64,000 nucleotides of DNA from a virus (lineage: Duplodnaviria > Caudoviricetes): positions 63 to 64,062 of the IMG/VR virus record IMGVR_UViG_3300003937_000082, one strand, 5' to 3'. The position numbers and the translations under genes were made by a program. Of the stretch, positions 29,785 to 40,896 are shown one piece after another (the first letter of the stretch is position 1; the number at the start of each line of letters is the position of its first letter). The notes beneath the pieces were generated by a model, which was given only the letters and a program-made list of their open reading frames with translations, was not told the origin of the DNA and made no database searches.

Positions 29785-31857
29785 ATGTCTATTATTAAGA
29801 TCAAAAGATCCAGTGGTACTAGTGCGCCATCTGCACTCGCATTAGGCGAGTTTGGCTACGCATATGGCACTGGTACACAAGCGAACGGCGGAGATAGATT
29901 ATACTTAGGTACTAGCGGAGAAAGTGGCGGTGTCGCAAACGCAATTGACGTAGTTGGCGGTAAATATTTTACTAACCTGCTAGATCACGCACACGGTACA
30001 CTTACTGCATCATCTGCACTTATCGTAGATGCGAGTTCGAAGATCGATGTACTTAATGTCGATAATCTTACCCTTAACGCTAATACAATATCTTCTACAA
30101 ATACGAATGGTAACATTATACTTGATCCCAACGGAACAGGTACTATTGATTTAAATGCACCAGTCAACTTCTCTACGTCAAGTACGTTTACCGGATTGCT
30201 TAACGCAAACGGTGGTATTGCAGTAGACACAAATAAATTTACTGTAGCAGACGGAACTGGTAACACTTTAATCGCAGGCACTTTAGGCGTTACAGGCGAA
30301 TCAACACTTGCATCTGCAACAGTAAGTGACCTAACAAACAATCGTATTGTCATCGCAGGTACTGCTGGTGCAATTGAAGATGATGCCAACCTAACATTTG
30401 ACGGTACGACATTTACAGTTGTTGCTGCCACGCAACTTACTGGTGTAGCTACTGTAACAGGACAATTGAATGTAGATAACATTCGTGCTGACGGTAACAC
30501 TATATCAACACTAGGCACAAATACTAATCTAGTCTTAGATCCAATTGGTACTGGATATGTGTCTATTACTGGGACAAATGGATTTGTTATTCCAGTGGGC
30601 ACAAACGCTCAACAGGGACCAAATGTAGCAGGTGCTATTAGATATAACAGTGAGAACACTCAATTCGAAGGATACTCAGGATCTAATTGGTCATCTCTAG
30701 GTGGAGTAAGATCAGTTGACGGTCTCACATTCATTATTGCAGAATCTTCTCCAGCTAACTCAGATGACACATTACACTTCCACGTAGCAACTGGTAATAC
30801 GACAAACAAAGAAGCGATGACACTTGACGAGGATAGACTTGCTGTCCTCAACACAACAACTTCTACAAGTGCTACTACAGGCGCAGTAACAGTTGCCGGC
30901 GGTGTTGGTATCGCTGAAAACTTGCATGTTGGTGGAAACGGAGCAATTACGCTCGATCTTGCAGTTAATGGCGGAGACATTACCACTACTGCAACTACAT
31001 TTAACCTACTTAACAATACTGCAACTACAGTTAACGCATTCGGTGCTGGTACAGCGATTAGTATAGGTGCTGCCACTGGTAAGACAACTATTAATAACCC
31101 GACTGACGTAACTGGTAATTTCAGAGTAGGTGCAACTAACTTTACTGTAGACGCATCAAACGGTAACACTGAAACTGCTGGCAATATGATTGTTGGCGGA
31201 GACTTAACAGTCAATGGTACTACAACCTCAGTTAACGTTGATGTACTTGATGTTGAAGATGCTCTGATTAGATTAGCATCTGGCAATACTGCCGATTCAG
31301 TTGACATTGGTGTTGTTGGTAGATACAGTGATGGAACCAACGATCAGTTTACTGGTATCTTTAGAGACGCAACTGCTGGTGAATGGCATATATTCGATGA
31401 GTATATCGATACTGACTTAACTGATAATGTTGTTAATATGTCAGATGGTTCGTTTAGTCTAGCTAAGTTGAATGTTGATACTGTTAAGTTTGCTTCAAAG
31501 ACATTCAGTCTTACTGGTGATGTTGCTGGTCAAATCACAATCTCAGACTTCGGCACTACTGCACATAGTATAGCAACTACAATTCAACCGAACTCGGTCG
31601 CTTTAGGTACTGATACAACTGGTAACTATGTAGCTACTATTGCACAAGGTACAGGAGGCCAGACAGACGCTAACAGCACAACTTCAAACGGTATCGTAGT
31701 AACGGGATCAGGATCTGAGACTGCGGCAGTAACAGTTAAGGCTAATATTGCAGATGCCGCAGGCGCAATTGGTACAAGTACATATAACGCAACAAACTTT
31801 GATGTATCATCCGGAGGCTTAGTCACTATCGATACTATTGATGGTGGAACGTTCTAG
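29785..31857 (+). CDS. Tail fibre protein (IKIKRS..GE N-terminal domain, Mtd_N-like)
   Basis: MSIIKIKRSSGTSAP..LGEFGY start; G/T/A-rich fibre repeats (GAIRYNSENTQFEGY, GAVTVAGGVGIAENLHVGG); ends IDGGTF. Confidence 0.8.
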   Translation: MSIIKIKRSSGTSAPSALALGEFGYAYGTGTQANGGDRLYLGTSGESGGVANAIDVVGGKYFTNLLDHAHGTLTASSALIVDASSKIDVLNVDNLTLNANTISSTNTNGNIILDPNGTGTIDLNAPVNFSTSSTFTGLLNANGGIAVDTNKFTVADGTGNTLIAGTLGVTGESTLASATVSDLTNNRIVIAGTAGAIEDDANLTFDGTTFTVVAATQLTGVATVTGQLNVDNIRADGNTISTLGTNTNLVLDPIGTGYVSITGTNGFVIPVGTNAQQGPNVAGAIRYNSENTQFEGYSGSNWSSLGGVRSVDGLTFIIAESSPANSDDTLHFHVATGNTTNKEAMTLDEDRLAVLNTTTSTSATTGAVTVAGGVGIAENLHVGGNGAITLDLAVNGGDITTTATTFNLLNNTATTVNAFGAGTAISIGAATGKTTINNPTDVTGNFRVGATNFTVDASNGNTETAGNMIVGGDLTVNGTTTSVNVDVLDVEDALIRLASGNTADSVDIGVVGRYSDGTNDQFTGIFRDATAGEWHIFDEYIDTDLTDNVVNMSDGSFSLAKLNVDTVKFASKTFSLTGDVAGQITISDFGTTAHSIATTIQPNSVALGTDTTGNYVATIAQGTGGQTDANSTTSNGIVVTGSGSETAAVTVKANIADAAGAIGTSTYNATNFDVSSGGLVTIDTIDGGTF

Positions 31858-31872
31858 AATACAGTTAGATTT

Positions 31873-31929
31873 AGATGTTAGGTATATACCATTAGACATC
31901 TTTATTTTAAATTAGAAGCTATATAGCTT
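31873..31929 (+). promoter_or_regulatory. Intergenic double palindrome / hairpin element
   Basis: AGATGT..GGTATATACC..ACATCT stem (31873-31901) and perfect 14-mer AAGCTATATAGCTT (31916-31929) before ATG 31952. Confidence 0.5.
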
Positions 31930-31951
31930 ATTATATCAGGTGTGAGGACAG

Positions 31952-32908
31952 ATGTCAACAATTAAATTAAAAAGAAGTGCTGTTCCGGGTAAGGTTCCGA
32001 CCACTTCAGGTCTAGAGCTAGGCGAATTAGCATTCAATACCCATGATGGAAGGATGTACGCAAAGAAGTCTTCTGGCGGCACAGACTCTATAGTATCTTT
32101 CATCGGACAAAGTGCAACTCAGAACAACGTTCATGTAGTAGCATATACTGGGGATAATAGTAAAACCGCCTATGCAATACCAGCTATTCCTAGAGGCGAT
32201 CAATACATCTCAGTATATCTTAATGGTGTTCTTCAACATATTACAGAATATAGCTATAGTGGACAAACTCTAACATTCAATGATGCGCCACTAACAACTG
32301 ATGAAATAGAAATTAGAATATACGACTCTTTATCGTCTAATATTCATTTAAGAGACTATAAAACATTTGTATATACATTCAACTCGTCAAAGACCACGTT
32401 CAGTGGTGCTGATGATAACAATCAAACACTAGCATATGATCCTACAAAAATATCTGTTTTTGCTAACGGTGTTAAGTTAGTTGACGGAGATGACTTCACA
32501 GCTACCAATGGAACTTCTATTGTTCTAGACCAAGCAATTGCTTCTGGTCATGTAGAAATCACATCAATGGCTCTTGCATCATTTGTAGATCATGATGTAC
32601 TGAAGCCGGTTTACACGCCTCTTACAGCAAGCACAGCAAATCAAGTTGTAGATACTTTTTCGGGAGCAAGATATCGCACAGCTAAATATCTCGTCCAGAT
32701 GACACAGGGCAGCAATTATCATGCCACCGAAGTATTACTAATTCACGATGGAACAACAGTTTATATGACAGAATACGGAACAATATTTTCTAATGCTAGT
32801 TTAGGTACTATTGGTGGCGATATTAACGCAGGTAATGTAAGATTACTAGTTTCTCCCGCTAGTACAAACACGACAATCAAAGCACAACGTTTACAGGTAG
32901 GGGTATAA
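31952..32908 (+). CDS. Tail fibre-associated structural protein
   Basis: MSTIKLKRSAVPGKVP..GELAFNTHDG N-terminus; VYLNGVLQ/VFANGVKL repeats; C-terminal YRTAKYLVQ..EVLLIHDGTTVYMTEYG domain. Confidence 0.75.
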   Translation: MSTIKLKRSAVPGKVPTTSGLELGELAFNTHDGRMYAKKSSGGTDSIVSFIGQSATQNNVHVVAYTGDNSKTAYAIPAIPRGDQYISVYLNGVLQHITEYSYSGQTLTFNDAPLTTDEIEIRIYDSLSSNIHLRDYKTFVYTFNSSKTTFSGADDNNQTLAYDPTKISVFANGVKLVDGDDFTATNGTSIVLDQAIASGHVEITSMALASFVDHDVLKPVYTPLTASTANQVVDTFSGARYRTAKYLVQMTQGSNYHATEVLLIHDGTTVYMTEYGTIFSNASLGTIGGDINAGNVRLLVSPASTNTTIKAQRLQVGV

Positions 32909-32909
32909 C

Positions 32910-35900
32910 ATGACAACTAGAATAAAATCATCCCAGATACTTGACGGTTCAATCGTAGCTTCAGATTTTCACTCAGCTATTCAAATAAACACAACCGCAT
33001 CAGGAACGTTCGGCTCGGTAATCGTAGGCAATTACACTTTAGGAAATAATAGAATATCGACAAGTCAAGCTAGTGGCTATAATGGCGACATAATGTTTGA
33101 TGCATCTGGAGATATCATCTTAGATGCTGATGGAAGTACAGTTAGTTTAAAAGACAACGGTCTCAATTTCGGTCAGTTTTATAATACTTCTTCTGGCGAC
33201 TTTAATATTTATGCACCCCAAGCCGATAAACACATAAAAGTTTTAGGAAATGATGGCGGCTCAACAGTCACAGCCCTAGATTTTGATATGGAACATGCTG
33301 GTCGTGCAACTTTTAACGAGAACATTGTTTTAGGCGGTGATATAGTACACGCAGGCAATCTAACTATAGATGCAGACGGTGATATTACACTAGACGCAAA
33401 TGGCGCAGACATCATCTTAGCAGATAATGCAGTCCCATTCGGTAGATTCAAACGAGAAACTAGTAATCTTGTAATCAAAGCTGAAACCGTAGACAAAGAC
33501 ATCATATTCAGAGGCATTAAATCTGGTAGCCCTAATGTAACCATTGATGCGCTTGTACTCGATATGTCTAACGCTGGTGACGCAACATTTAGCTCCCATG
33601 TGAAAATGGATTCAGGATCCTCTACAGGCAAGTTTGCTGTAATGTCTACGGCTGTACACGGCTCATATGACTTCTACAATAACGGCACGTCATACTTCAA
33701 CGATACTGTCACAGTAGATGGTATTCTTGAAGTTTCTGGTAGTTCAGGAGTTCTTAGAGGTCCATCGACCTTTACGATTGATCCAGCCGTTCACGGTGCT
33801 AACTCAGGCACAGTCGTAATCGCAGGCGATCTTCAAGTAGATGGTACGACAACAACAATTAATTCTACAACCTTAACAGTAGATGATAAGAATATCACAT
33901 TAGCCTCTGGCTCTAATAATAAGGCGGCTGCTACAGGCGCAGGTCTTACAGCAGATTTAGGTAGTGACGGAACTGCAACCTTTGCGTATGATCATACTCA
34001 AGATAGATGGCAGATGAATAAGGGTCTAGAACTACTTAGTGGTGCGGCACTTACAGTCGGCACAGGTACTACTGATGTCGGTAGATTAGAAAGTGTGTCA
34101 GGCGTTTTAGAATTAAACGCATACACTGGTAGACAAATCGCTTTTGGTAATGATACTAACGGAGAGCATGTCCGCATTGATGCTGATGGTCAAGTAGGTA
34201 TCGGTAATAATGACCCGCAAGCTATGCTTCACGTATCTGGTACTGGAGCTCCTGCTATTAGAATACAAGATGATGATGGAACAAATAATTATGCTGACAT
34301 GGGACACAATGGAGGAATTACGACCTTCGTATCAAGAAACAACACAAGTAACGGTAGTTATATTTTCTATGGTTATAATGGTACAACTTTTGATCCTCTG
34401 ATGACATTAGATCCCGCAGGACGTTTAGGCATTAATCAAACTCCTTTATCAAATAATTTTGCGCTTCAAGTTACAGGTATGCAACCAAATGGAAGTGATG
34501 CAAGAGTTATGTATCTTAAAGGCGCTGGAACATCCACGTCAATTGGAAGCACTGGTCCAACACTAGTTTTACAGAATACAGACACTACAGCAAATAATAT
34601 AGTTAAATTAAGTTTTGAATCGGCAAGTGCTGGAGAAACAGTTTCTATAAATGCTATTAATACAAATCATAGCTCACACTATGGTGATATGGCATTCAAT
34701 ACGAGAGGCTCTGCTGGATACTCTGAAAAGATGCGTATTATGGCTAACGGTGAAGTTGGTATCGGAACAAATGATCCAGATGCTAGATTAGGTATTAAAA
34801 GTTCAGGAGCATCTTCATATCCATTACTAATTAAGTCTTCTGACAATCAACAATTATTTAGATTCAGAGAAGAATCTGATACACGTGGTACATTTTACAT
34901 TAACGATGCTAGTGAAAATTCAAAAGTAACCTTAGCAAGTAGTGGACCTTCATCCTTTATGGGTGGCAACGTTGGTATTGGAACAGATTCTCCAGGTGAT
35001 ATCACGTTAAAAGTACACTCTAATGATTCAGACGATTACATTGCAATCTTTAAACAAACCCACGCAAGTAACTTAGGCACAATACAGATTGATACACCTT
35101 CAGATAGTAATGCCCGTCCTTCACGATTAGACTTTGCTAGAGGCGGAGTTAACAAGTGGAAAACCGGTATGGTTTATGGAGATTCCTTAAATGGTTGGGG
35201 ATTGTCTGATGCCACAGGTTCTGGTACTGCATTACAACAAACAAGATTCTTAGTAACGCCAACTGGCAAGGTTAGTATTGGTACGTCAGATCCAGGTACC
35301 AGCAGATTAAAAGTTTACAATAGTACAGTATCAGGCAATACTAGACTTCACGTACATAACGATAAAAATGGTGATGCGGCTGAACTTAGACTTGAAGGTA
35401 AAAGAACATCTAATAACGACACTGGTCAATTATTATACGTTAACTCTGGAAATGTAGTTGCAAGAATTTCCGCAAACTCTTCAGCAGACGATGGAGACTT
35501 AAGATTTTATACAAGTGCAACAGGAACTGGTCAGAACATAGTAGAAGCTATGCGAATTGCCACTACTGGACAAGTTAATATTGGACAGACTCCCGCACTA
35601 GTATCTGGTAACAACCCTAGACACGTACTGCATATAGGAGGAACTACAGTAAATCCTTCATATGAGCAATTGTCTATGTCACCAGGGTCTGTTTCGGGAG
35701 GTGAAAATGCTACTAGAATTAGAATGGCTAATGTGGGTAATGATTTTTACTTAACAAACAACTATTACAATTGGGGCACTCATCGCTTTGATGAGACGAA
35801 TGAGGGTCAAGCGTTCTTCAAGATGTTAGAAGACGGAAGATTCTCCTTTGGTGGGCGATCTTCTGCAAGTACTAGTACTCCTAGCTACAATGCGGCTATT

Positions 35901-36629
35901 AACGGTAATGATGGTAGTATATCTGCTGGTAGCAGTATGACTATGGTCAACGGTATGTCTAAAATGAACGTTGTAGGTAATAGTGATACTAGTGATGAAG
36001 ATGTCGAACTTCGAATGGTCGATTATGATGATACTACAGGTAGTGCTATTCCTACAATATCATTCTATAAAGGCTCTAGTGGTGGACCAGTAAAATTTGC
36101 GTCTCTTAGGGCAAACGATGTACTTGGATTTCAGTTTAGAGATGGATCAAATAATATTGGTGGCTCTAAAGTAGAGATGGGAGCGTTGGACAACAGAGGA
36201 GTTAGACGCCAGACAGCCAGTAACAATTCAAATGTAGGTGTTTACGAGACTTCTATGCAGGTAAATTTTGCTCCGTCAGCCGCAAAATATTTTAGAATTC
36301 AAATGGACGGCAACATTGCGGCAGGACTGAGTTTACATGTTTCAGGAGATTATGGTAATGTAAACGCTATAGGTAGTTTTGAGAAGCGTTATGTTATTGG
36401 CACAAACGCTGTCAACACAGGCAACTATGGTACTGCAAGCACTACTATATGCGATATTGGTCCTACGTCTAGCAAAATTTCGTTAGGCAATACTTCAAAG
36501 CCGAATGCAACAACTTTGTATATTCCTGTGGTAAACCTTGACAGCAACTATAGTATTAATTTTCACTTCGTAGCTACGCTCAGAGGGGAAGTAGGTGGAA
36601 TTACAAGCATAGATATGATAGCACAATAA
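32910..36629 (+). CDS. Long tail fibre protein (array member 1)
   Basis: 1239 aa; DIILDADG repeats, shared RGPSTFTIDPA module, about 6 G.VGIG units and a unique C-terminal tip. Confidence 0.8.
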   Translation: MTTRIKSSQILDGSIVASDFHSAIQINTTASGTFGSVIVGNYTLGNNRISTSQASGYNGDIMFDASGDIILDADGSTVSLKDNGLNFGQFYNTSSGDFNIYAPQADKHIKVLGNDGGSTVTALDFDMEHAGRATFNENIVLGGDIVHAGNLTIDADGDITLDANGADIILADNAVPFGRFKRETSNLVIKAETVDKDIIFRGIKSGSPNVTIDALVLDMSNAGDATFSSHVKMDSGSSTGKFAVMSTAVHGSYDFYNNGTSYFNDTVTVDGILEVSGSSGVLRGPSTFTIDPAVHGANSGTVVIAGDLQVDGTTTTINSTTLTVDDKNITLASGSNNKAAATGAGLTADLGSDGTATFAYDHTQDRWQMNKGLELLSGAALTVGTGTTDVGRLESVSGVLELNAYTGRQIAFGNDTNGEHVRIDADGQVGIGNNDPQAMLHVSGTGAPAIRIQDDDGTNNYADMGHNGGITTFVSRNNTSNGSYIFYGYNGTTFDPLMTLDPAGRLGINQTPLSNNFALQVTGMQPNGSDARVMYLKGAGTSTSIGSTGPTLVLQNTDTTANNIVKLSFESASAGETVSINAINTNHSSHYGDMAFNTRGSAGYSEKMRIMANGEVGIGTNDPDARLGIKSSGASSYPLLIKSSDNQQLFRFREESDTRGTFYINDASENSKVTLASSGPSSFMGGNVGIGTDSPGDITLKVHSNDSDDYIAIFKQTHASNLGTIQIDTPSDSNARPSRLDFARGGVNKWKTGMVYGDSLNGWGLSDATGSGTALQQTRFLVTPTGKVSIGTSDPGTSRLKVYNSTVSGNTRLHVHNDKNGDAAELRLEGKRTSNNDTGQLLYVNSGNVVARISANSSADDGDLRFYTSATGTGQNIVEAMRIATTGQVNIGQTPALVSGNNPRHVLHIGGTTVNPSYEQLSMSPGSVSGGENATRIRMANVGNDFYLTNNYYNWGTHRFDETNEGQAFFKMLEDGRFSFGGRSSASTSTPSYNAAINGNDGSISAGSSMTMVNGMSKMNVVGNSDTSDEDVELRMVDYDDTTGSAIPTISFYKGSSGGPVKFASLRANDVLGFQFRDGSNNIGGSKVEMGALDNRGVRRQTASNNSNVGVYETSMQVNFAPSAAKYFRIQMDGNIAAGLSLHVSGDYGNVNAIGSFEKRYVIGTNAVNTGNYGTASTTICDIGPTSSKISLGNTSKPNATTLYIPVVNLDSNYSINFHFVATLRGEVGGITSIDMIAQ

Positions 36630-36653
36630 TAGAATGGTTAACAAGACCCTTAA

Positions 36654-36714
36654 TATAAATAAGAATGAGAAACGAACAAAATAAACGCTATTGGAGAGTA
36701 ACAAGTGGCAACGA
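36654..36714 (+). promoter_or_regulatory. Late promoter plus conserved leader, type A copy 1
   Basis: TATAAATAAGAAT..ATAAACGCTATTGG.AGAGT..GTGGCAACGA; repeated at 54816-54868. Confidence 0.8.
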
Positions 36715-37328
36715 CTAAAGCATTAGAACTAGCACAATTTGGTACGGGTTTAGTAGTAGATCCTGCCACTGGTTCACAGCAATCGATTGGTGATACGATA
36801 CTGACCGGCGAATTGCATGGTCCATCGACATTCGTTATTGATCCTGCTGTTGTTGGAAATAACACTGGTACAGTTCAGATTAAAGGTGATCTGCAAGTAT
36901 TAGGTACTACTGTAACACTGTCCTCAACGACAATGACTGTTGCAGACCTAAATATTACAGTTGCTCAAGGGGCAGCAAGTGCTGGCGCAGCCGATGGAGC
37001 AGGAATAACAGTAGATGGAGCTGGTGCTACATTTACTTACTCATCTTCTGGCGACAAATGGAATATGAATAAGTCACTCGACACTGACCTAATAGGTAAC
37101 GTGACAGGCACAGTTTCAGACATATCGAACTTTACTACAGCAAATTTGACTGAGCATAGTAGTAGACTATATTATACAAACGCACGTGCAAATAGTGCGA
37201 TAGACACAAGAGTAAATAAAAGTTTTGTAGATAACCTAAATGTAGATGCAGATACATTAGACGGAGTTGATTCTACAGGATTTGACGCCGCTGGGACTGC
37301 ACTAGCACTAGCCATAGCTTTGGGATAA
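36705..37328 (+). CDS. Short fibre protein (array member 2), GTG start
   Basis: 207 aa; consists mostly of the shared GPSTFVIDPA module plus NLTE..LYYTNARA; ends ALALAIALG. Confidence 0.75.
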   Translation: MATTKALELAQFGTGLVVDPATGSQQSIGDTILTGELHGPSTFVIDPAVVGNNTGTVQIKGDLQVLGTTVTLSSTTMTVADLNITVAQGAASAGAADGAGITVDGAGATFTYSSSGDKWNMNKSLDTDLIGNVTGTVSDISNFTTANLTEHSSRLYYTNARANSAIDTRVNKSFVDNLNVDADTLDGVDSTGFDAAGTALALAIALG

Positions 37329-37332
37329 AAAC

Positions 37333-37641
37333 ATGCCGAATACATTTAAAAATTACACGAGTACATCAGTAGGAACAAGTGCAACAACTGTCTACACAGT
37401 TCCTAGTTCAACAGTGGCAGTGACAGTGGGATTAAACATTGCTAACGTTACTGCAAATCAAATCACAGTTGACGTTCAAGCCGCAGGAGCATATGTAGTT
37501 AAAGATACTCCTATACCTGCTGGAGCTGGACTATCTGTACTAGACGGAAAAATAATACTGGAGACCTCTGACACGCTTGTTGTTAAGACAGACACGGCTT
37601 CAAGTGCCGATGTCATACTTAGTGTTCTGGAGCAGAGCTAA
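37333..37641 (+). CDS. Small beta-rich virion protein (M[PA]NTFK family)
   Basis: MPNTFKNY..VYTVP..NIANVT..KIILETSD..DVILSVLE; this family typically follows genes ending in AIALG in marine phages. Confidence 0.7.
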   Translation: MPNTFKNYTSTSVGTSATTVYTVPSSTVAVTVGLNIANVTANQITVDVQAAGAYVVKDTPIPAGAGLSVLDGKIILETSDTLVVKTDTASSADVILSVLEQS

Positions 37642-40600
37642 TGAGTAAGCAAAGTGATTTAGTCGATCTTACACAGATAGGCGAAGGAAACTTATCTGGA
37701 GTTAATGCAACTCTTACTGGATATCTAAGAGGACCAGCTACGTTTGTTATTGATCCTGCTGTACACGGCAACGATTCTGGCACAGTTCAAATTGCTGGCA
37801 ATCTACAGGTTGATGGCACTCAGACCATTATTAACTCGACAACTTTAACCGTAAATGATAAAAACATCGTTCTTGCAAGTGGCGCAGGCAATGCGTCTGC
37901 CGCAACTGGCGCTGGTATTACAGTTGATGGCGCATCAGCAAATATAACTTATACAAGCGCAACAGACCAATGGGACTTTAATAAGAATATTCACATAAGT
38001 AGTTCCTCGAATAAAACATTAATTCTAGATTCCACAATTACAGGATCTTCTTTAACAAGCTTGGCCTTTCAACGGTCAGGAGCAGATAAGTGGAGAATAC
38101 TACAGCAAGCAAATGATAGTCATCTATTATTCTATAATGACATTAGTAACATAGATCAATTTTCTTTAAAATCAAACGGCAACGTTGGTATCGGAACAAT
38201 ATCTCCAGCCGCAACCTTGGAAGTTAAAGCTACAAATTCTGCTTCAACAGATTGGTCTAATAGAGGTATAATGTCGAGTGTCCAAATTAATGCGGCAAAT
38301 AGAACTTTTGGTGGTTTAACGATGGTTGACCACGGAAGTGGATCTGGCCATGCAGGTCTTGGATTTAGATATGACGGATCAGGCTATAAATTAGAACTAG
38401 GTACAGCATCAAGCACAAGTTCAGGAATTAGCACACACTTAACAATAGACCGACTTGGAGCAATAACAACTTCAGGCCATTTAGATGTTGGTAATGAATT
38501 AACTGTACTAGGAACAACTATTCTAAAAAATTCTGGAGTAGTAACAATTAAAGCCGCACCTCTTGGAAGTACTTACGGCGCTGGCTTCAATGTTATGACC
38601 GTAACAGGCACAAGTAGTGCTCCGTATACAAGTACGATTGGGTTTAGTAACTATAGTGAAACAGATGCTATGGTCATAAAAGGCGACAAAGTTGGTATTG
38701 GTGTAGCTCTACCGTCCGCAAAATTTAATGTTGTGGGAGATTCAGGAACGGCCGTTGTAGAAAGCATAAGAAACCCAAATACAGGTTGGAGTCAATACGC
38801 ATTGACTAGATATGGCTCGGAAGGTGCTGATGTCAGGTACATGGATTTTGGTTATTACCGTGGGTCAACTGAAGCAACAAGAGGTTTAGTTGTCAAATCG
38901 CAAGCAAATGCCACTTTAGCTACTTTCTTGGATAATGGCAACGTTGGTATTGGTTTTCCCTCTCCAAACGAAAAACTTCATGTAAATGGCTACATAGAAG
39001 CGGCGTCTGGATATAAACTTGCTAGTCACCCAGTAGTAACTTATGACGGATTTGATGGCGGATACGCTACTCAATTAGGATCAACGGGAACCAGTACACT
39101 CAACGCTACTCGAATATTTGCTGGTGGAAGTGTTCAAGCAACCTTTAAAGGTGGAGTTCTAGGATTAGGAGTTACTCCTGGATCTTGGTCTGCTAACTAT
39201 CCTGCATTACAAATTGGCGGCGGCGCAACCTTTACTGGACATGCAGGTAATACTCAAACACAACTAGGACAAAACTGGTGGATAGGAACAGGAAATCAAT
39301 ATGTCGTAAATGGTGCCGCTTCACGTTTGGTAATGAATCCAGATTCAACGATTATATTTTCACAGGCACCTAGCGGAACTGCAGGTGCGGCTATAAGTAG
39401 TAGTACTGATGTTTTTGTTATCGATACGTCAGGTAGAGTTGGTATTGGCACAGGTGCAGGTGTAGCAACTAATGCACACGCTAATGCCGATGATCTTGTT
39501 ATAGGTAATACATCAACACGTACAGGTATGACTATTGTAAGTGATCCTGCTCAAAGTGGTGCTATACACTTTAGCGATGGTACTTCAACTGGTAATGCTA
39601 ATATCAAAGGTCAAGTTTCATACGAACACGGCGACAACAGTTTTAGGTTTTATATTAACTCTAGTACAGAAGCTCTTAGATTGGGTACTTCTGGAGGTAC
39701 AGTATTTAACAATGGCCAAGATATAAATCAAAACTTCGTTGTTAAAGCTAGTGGTAATGCTAGTGCTTTGGTTATCGATGGTAATGGCGGTGCTGTTGGT
39801 ATCGGTTGTTCTCCAGCGGCTTGGTGGAGTAATTCTACTGCATTACAGGTATCTCCGGTTGGCGCATTGTATAACACAAGTAACTATGAAGATTTCAATA
39901 TAGCCAATAACTCTTACTTTAATAGCACTGGAACTGAGAGGTATATACAAAATGATGCGGCTTGTAAAATAAGATTAACAGATGCGGGTCTAATGGACTT
40001 TAGAGTAGCTGGTGCAGGTACGGCAGGCAATGCAATAACTTGGGACACTGCTATGTCTATCACTGCACTTGGTAGAGTTGGTGTTGGAGTTACACAAACC
40101 GATCCAGTAAAATTTGAAGTAAGCAGTGGAACTGATGAAGATAAAGTCATGAGAATCCGCCTTATAGATGATAACAATAGTAACGCTACTGCTAATCCTT
40201 TCTCTTATGAATATAAAAACTTAGAAATTGAAAATACGTATAGTGGTGCGGCACCAAGTGCTAATGGCACTAAAGTTGCTAAACTACAATTTACGACAGT
40301 AACGGCTTCTGGTTATGCCGCTAGTGCTTCGATTATGGGATTGGCAGAGAGTAATGGTCATGAAGCAGGTGCAATGGTATTTGCAACTGGACCTAATTCA
40401 TCTGGTAATGAAGTTGAACGTATGCGGATTAGTAGAACTGGCGAAGTGACCGTTGAAGGTCCTTTTAATAACAAATCTAATTATATGATGGTTGACTCTA
40501 ATTGGGGTCAATGGTCAGGAAAGTATCAGCATCTAGTATGTCACAACACGATCACGCAAAGTCAAGCTTGGACAGACGTTGCATATGTATCTTATTCTCC

Positions 40601-40892
40601 CTCACTGACGATACAAGGAAACGCTCAACGAGGTAATGATGGCGGATTTGGGCAGTCAAATTACTTTGGCACAGTAATGGGTGGATATGGAAATGTTAGT
40701 GCTGCCGCAGAAAGAACTATGAATGGGGCCATGAATGGCGCCGGCTTTGGCACATTAGAGTATCGATACTTGAATAGTGGGGCGCCAAGCGGTTCCTACA
40801 GACTACAAGTTAGACTGCCAATTAGTAGCGGCACAATATATGTAACAACAACACTTACTGGGCAAGCATGGGCACAGATATCAGAGGATTAA
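37641..40892 (+). CDS. Long tail fibre protein (array member 3)
   Basis: 1083 aa; shared stem module, about 7 G.VGIG units and a unique tip; TAATG coupling. Confidence 0.8.
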   Translation: MSKQSDLVDLTQIGEGNLSGVNATLTGYLRGPATFVIDPAVHGNDSGTVQIAGNLQVDGTQTIINSTTLTVNDKNIVLASGAGNASAATGAGITVDGASANITYTSATDQWDFNKNIHISSSSNKTLILDSTITGSSLTSLAFQRSGADKWRILQQANDSHLLFYNDISNIDQFSLKSNGNVGIGTISPAATLEVKATNSASTDWSNRGIMSSVQINAANRTFGGLTMVDHGSGSGHAGLGFRYDGSGYKLELGTASSTSSGISTHLTIDRLGAITTSGHLDVGNELTVLGTTILKNSGVVTIKAAPLGSTYGAGFNVMTVTGTSSAPYTSTIGFSNYSETDAMVIKGDKVGIGVALPSAKFNVVGDSGTAVVESIRNPNTGWSQYALTRYGSEGADVRYMDFGYYRGSTEATRGLVVKSQANATLATFLDNGNVGIGFPSPNEKLHVNGYIEAASGYKLASHPVVTYDGFDGGYATQLGSTGTSTLNATRIFAGGSVQATFKGGVLGLGVTPGSWSANYPALQIGGGATFTGHAGNTQTQLGQNWWIGTGNQYVVNGAASRLVMNPDSTIIFSQAPSGTAGAAISSSTDVFVIDTSGRVGIGTGAGVATNAHANADDLVIGNTSTRTGMTIVSDPAQSGAIHFSDGTSTGNANIKGQVSYEHGDNSFRFYINSSTEALRLGTSGGTVFNNGQDINQNFVVKASGNASALVIDGNGGAVGIGCSPAAWWSNSTALQVSPVGALYNTSNYEDFNIANNSYFNSTGTERYIQNDAACKIRLTDAGLMDFRVAGAGTAGNAITWDTAMSITALGRVGVGVTQTDPVKFEVSSGTDEDKVMRIRLIDDNNSNATANPFSYEYKNLEIENTYSGAAPSANGTKVAKLQFTTVTASGYAASASIMGLAESNGHEAGAMVFATGPNSSGNEVERMRISRTGEVTVEGPFNNKSNYMMVDSNWGQWSGKYQHLVCHNTITQSQAWTDVAYVSYSPSLTIQGNAQRGNDGGFGQSNYFGTVMGGYGNVSAAAERTMNGAMNGAGFGTLEYRYLNSGAPSGSYRLQVRLPISSGTIYVTTTLTGQAWAQISED

Positions 40893-40896
40893 TATA

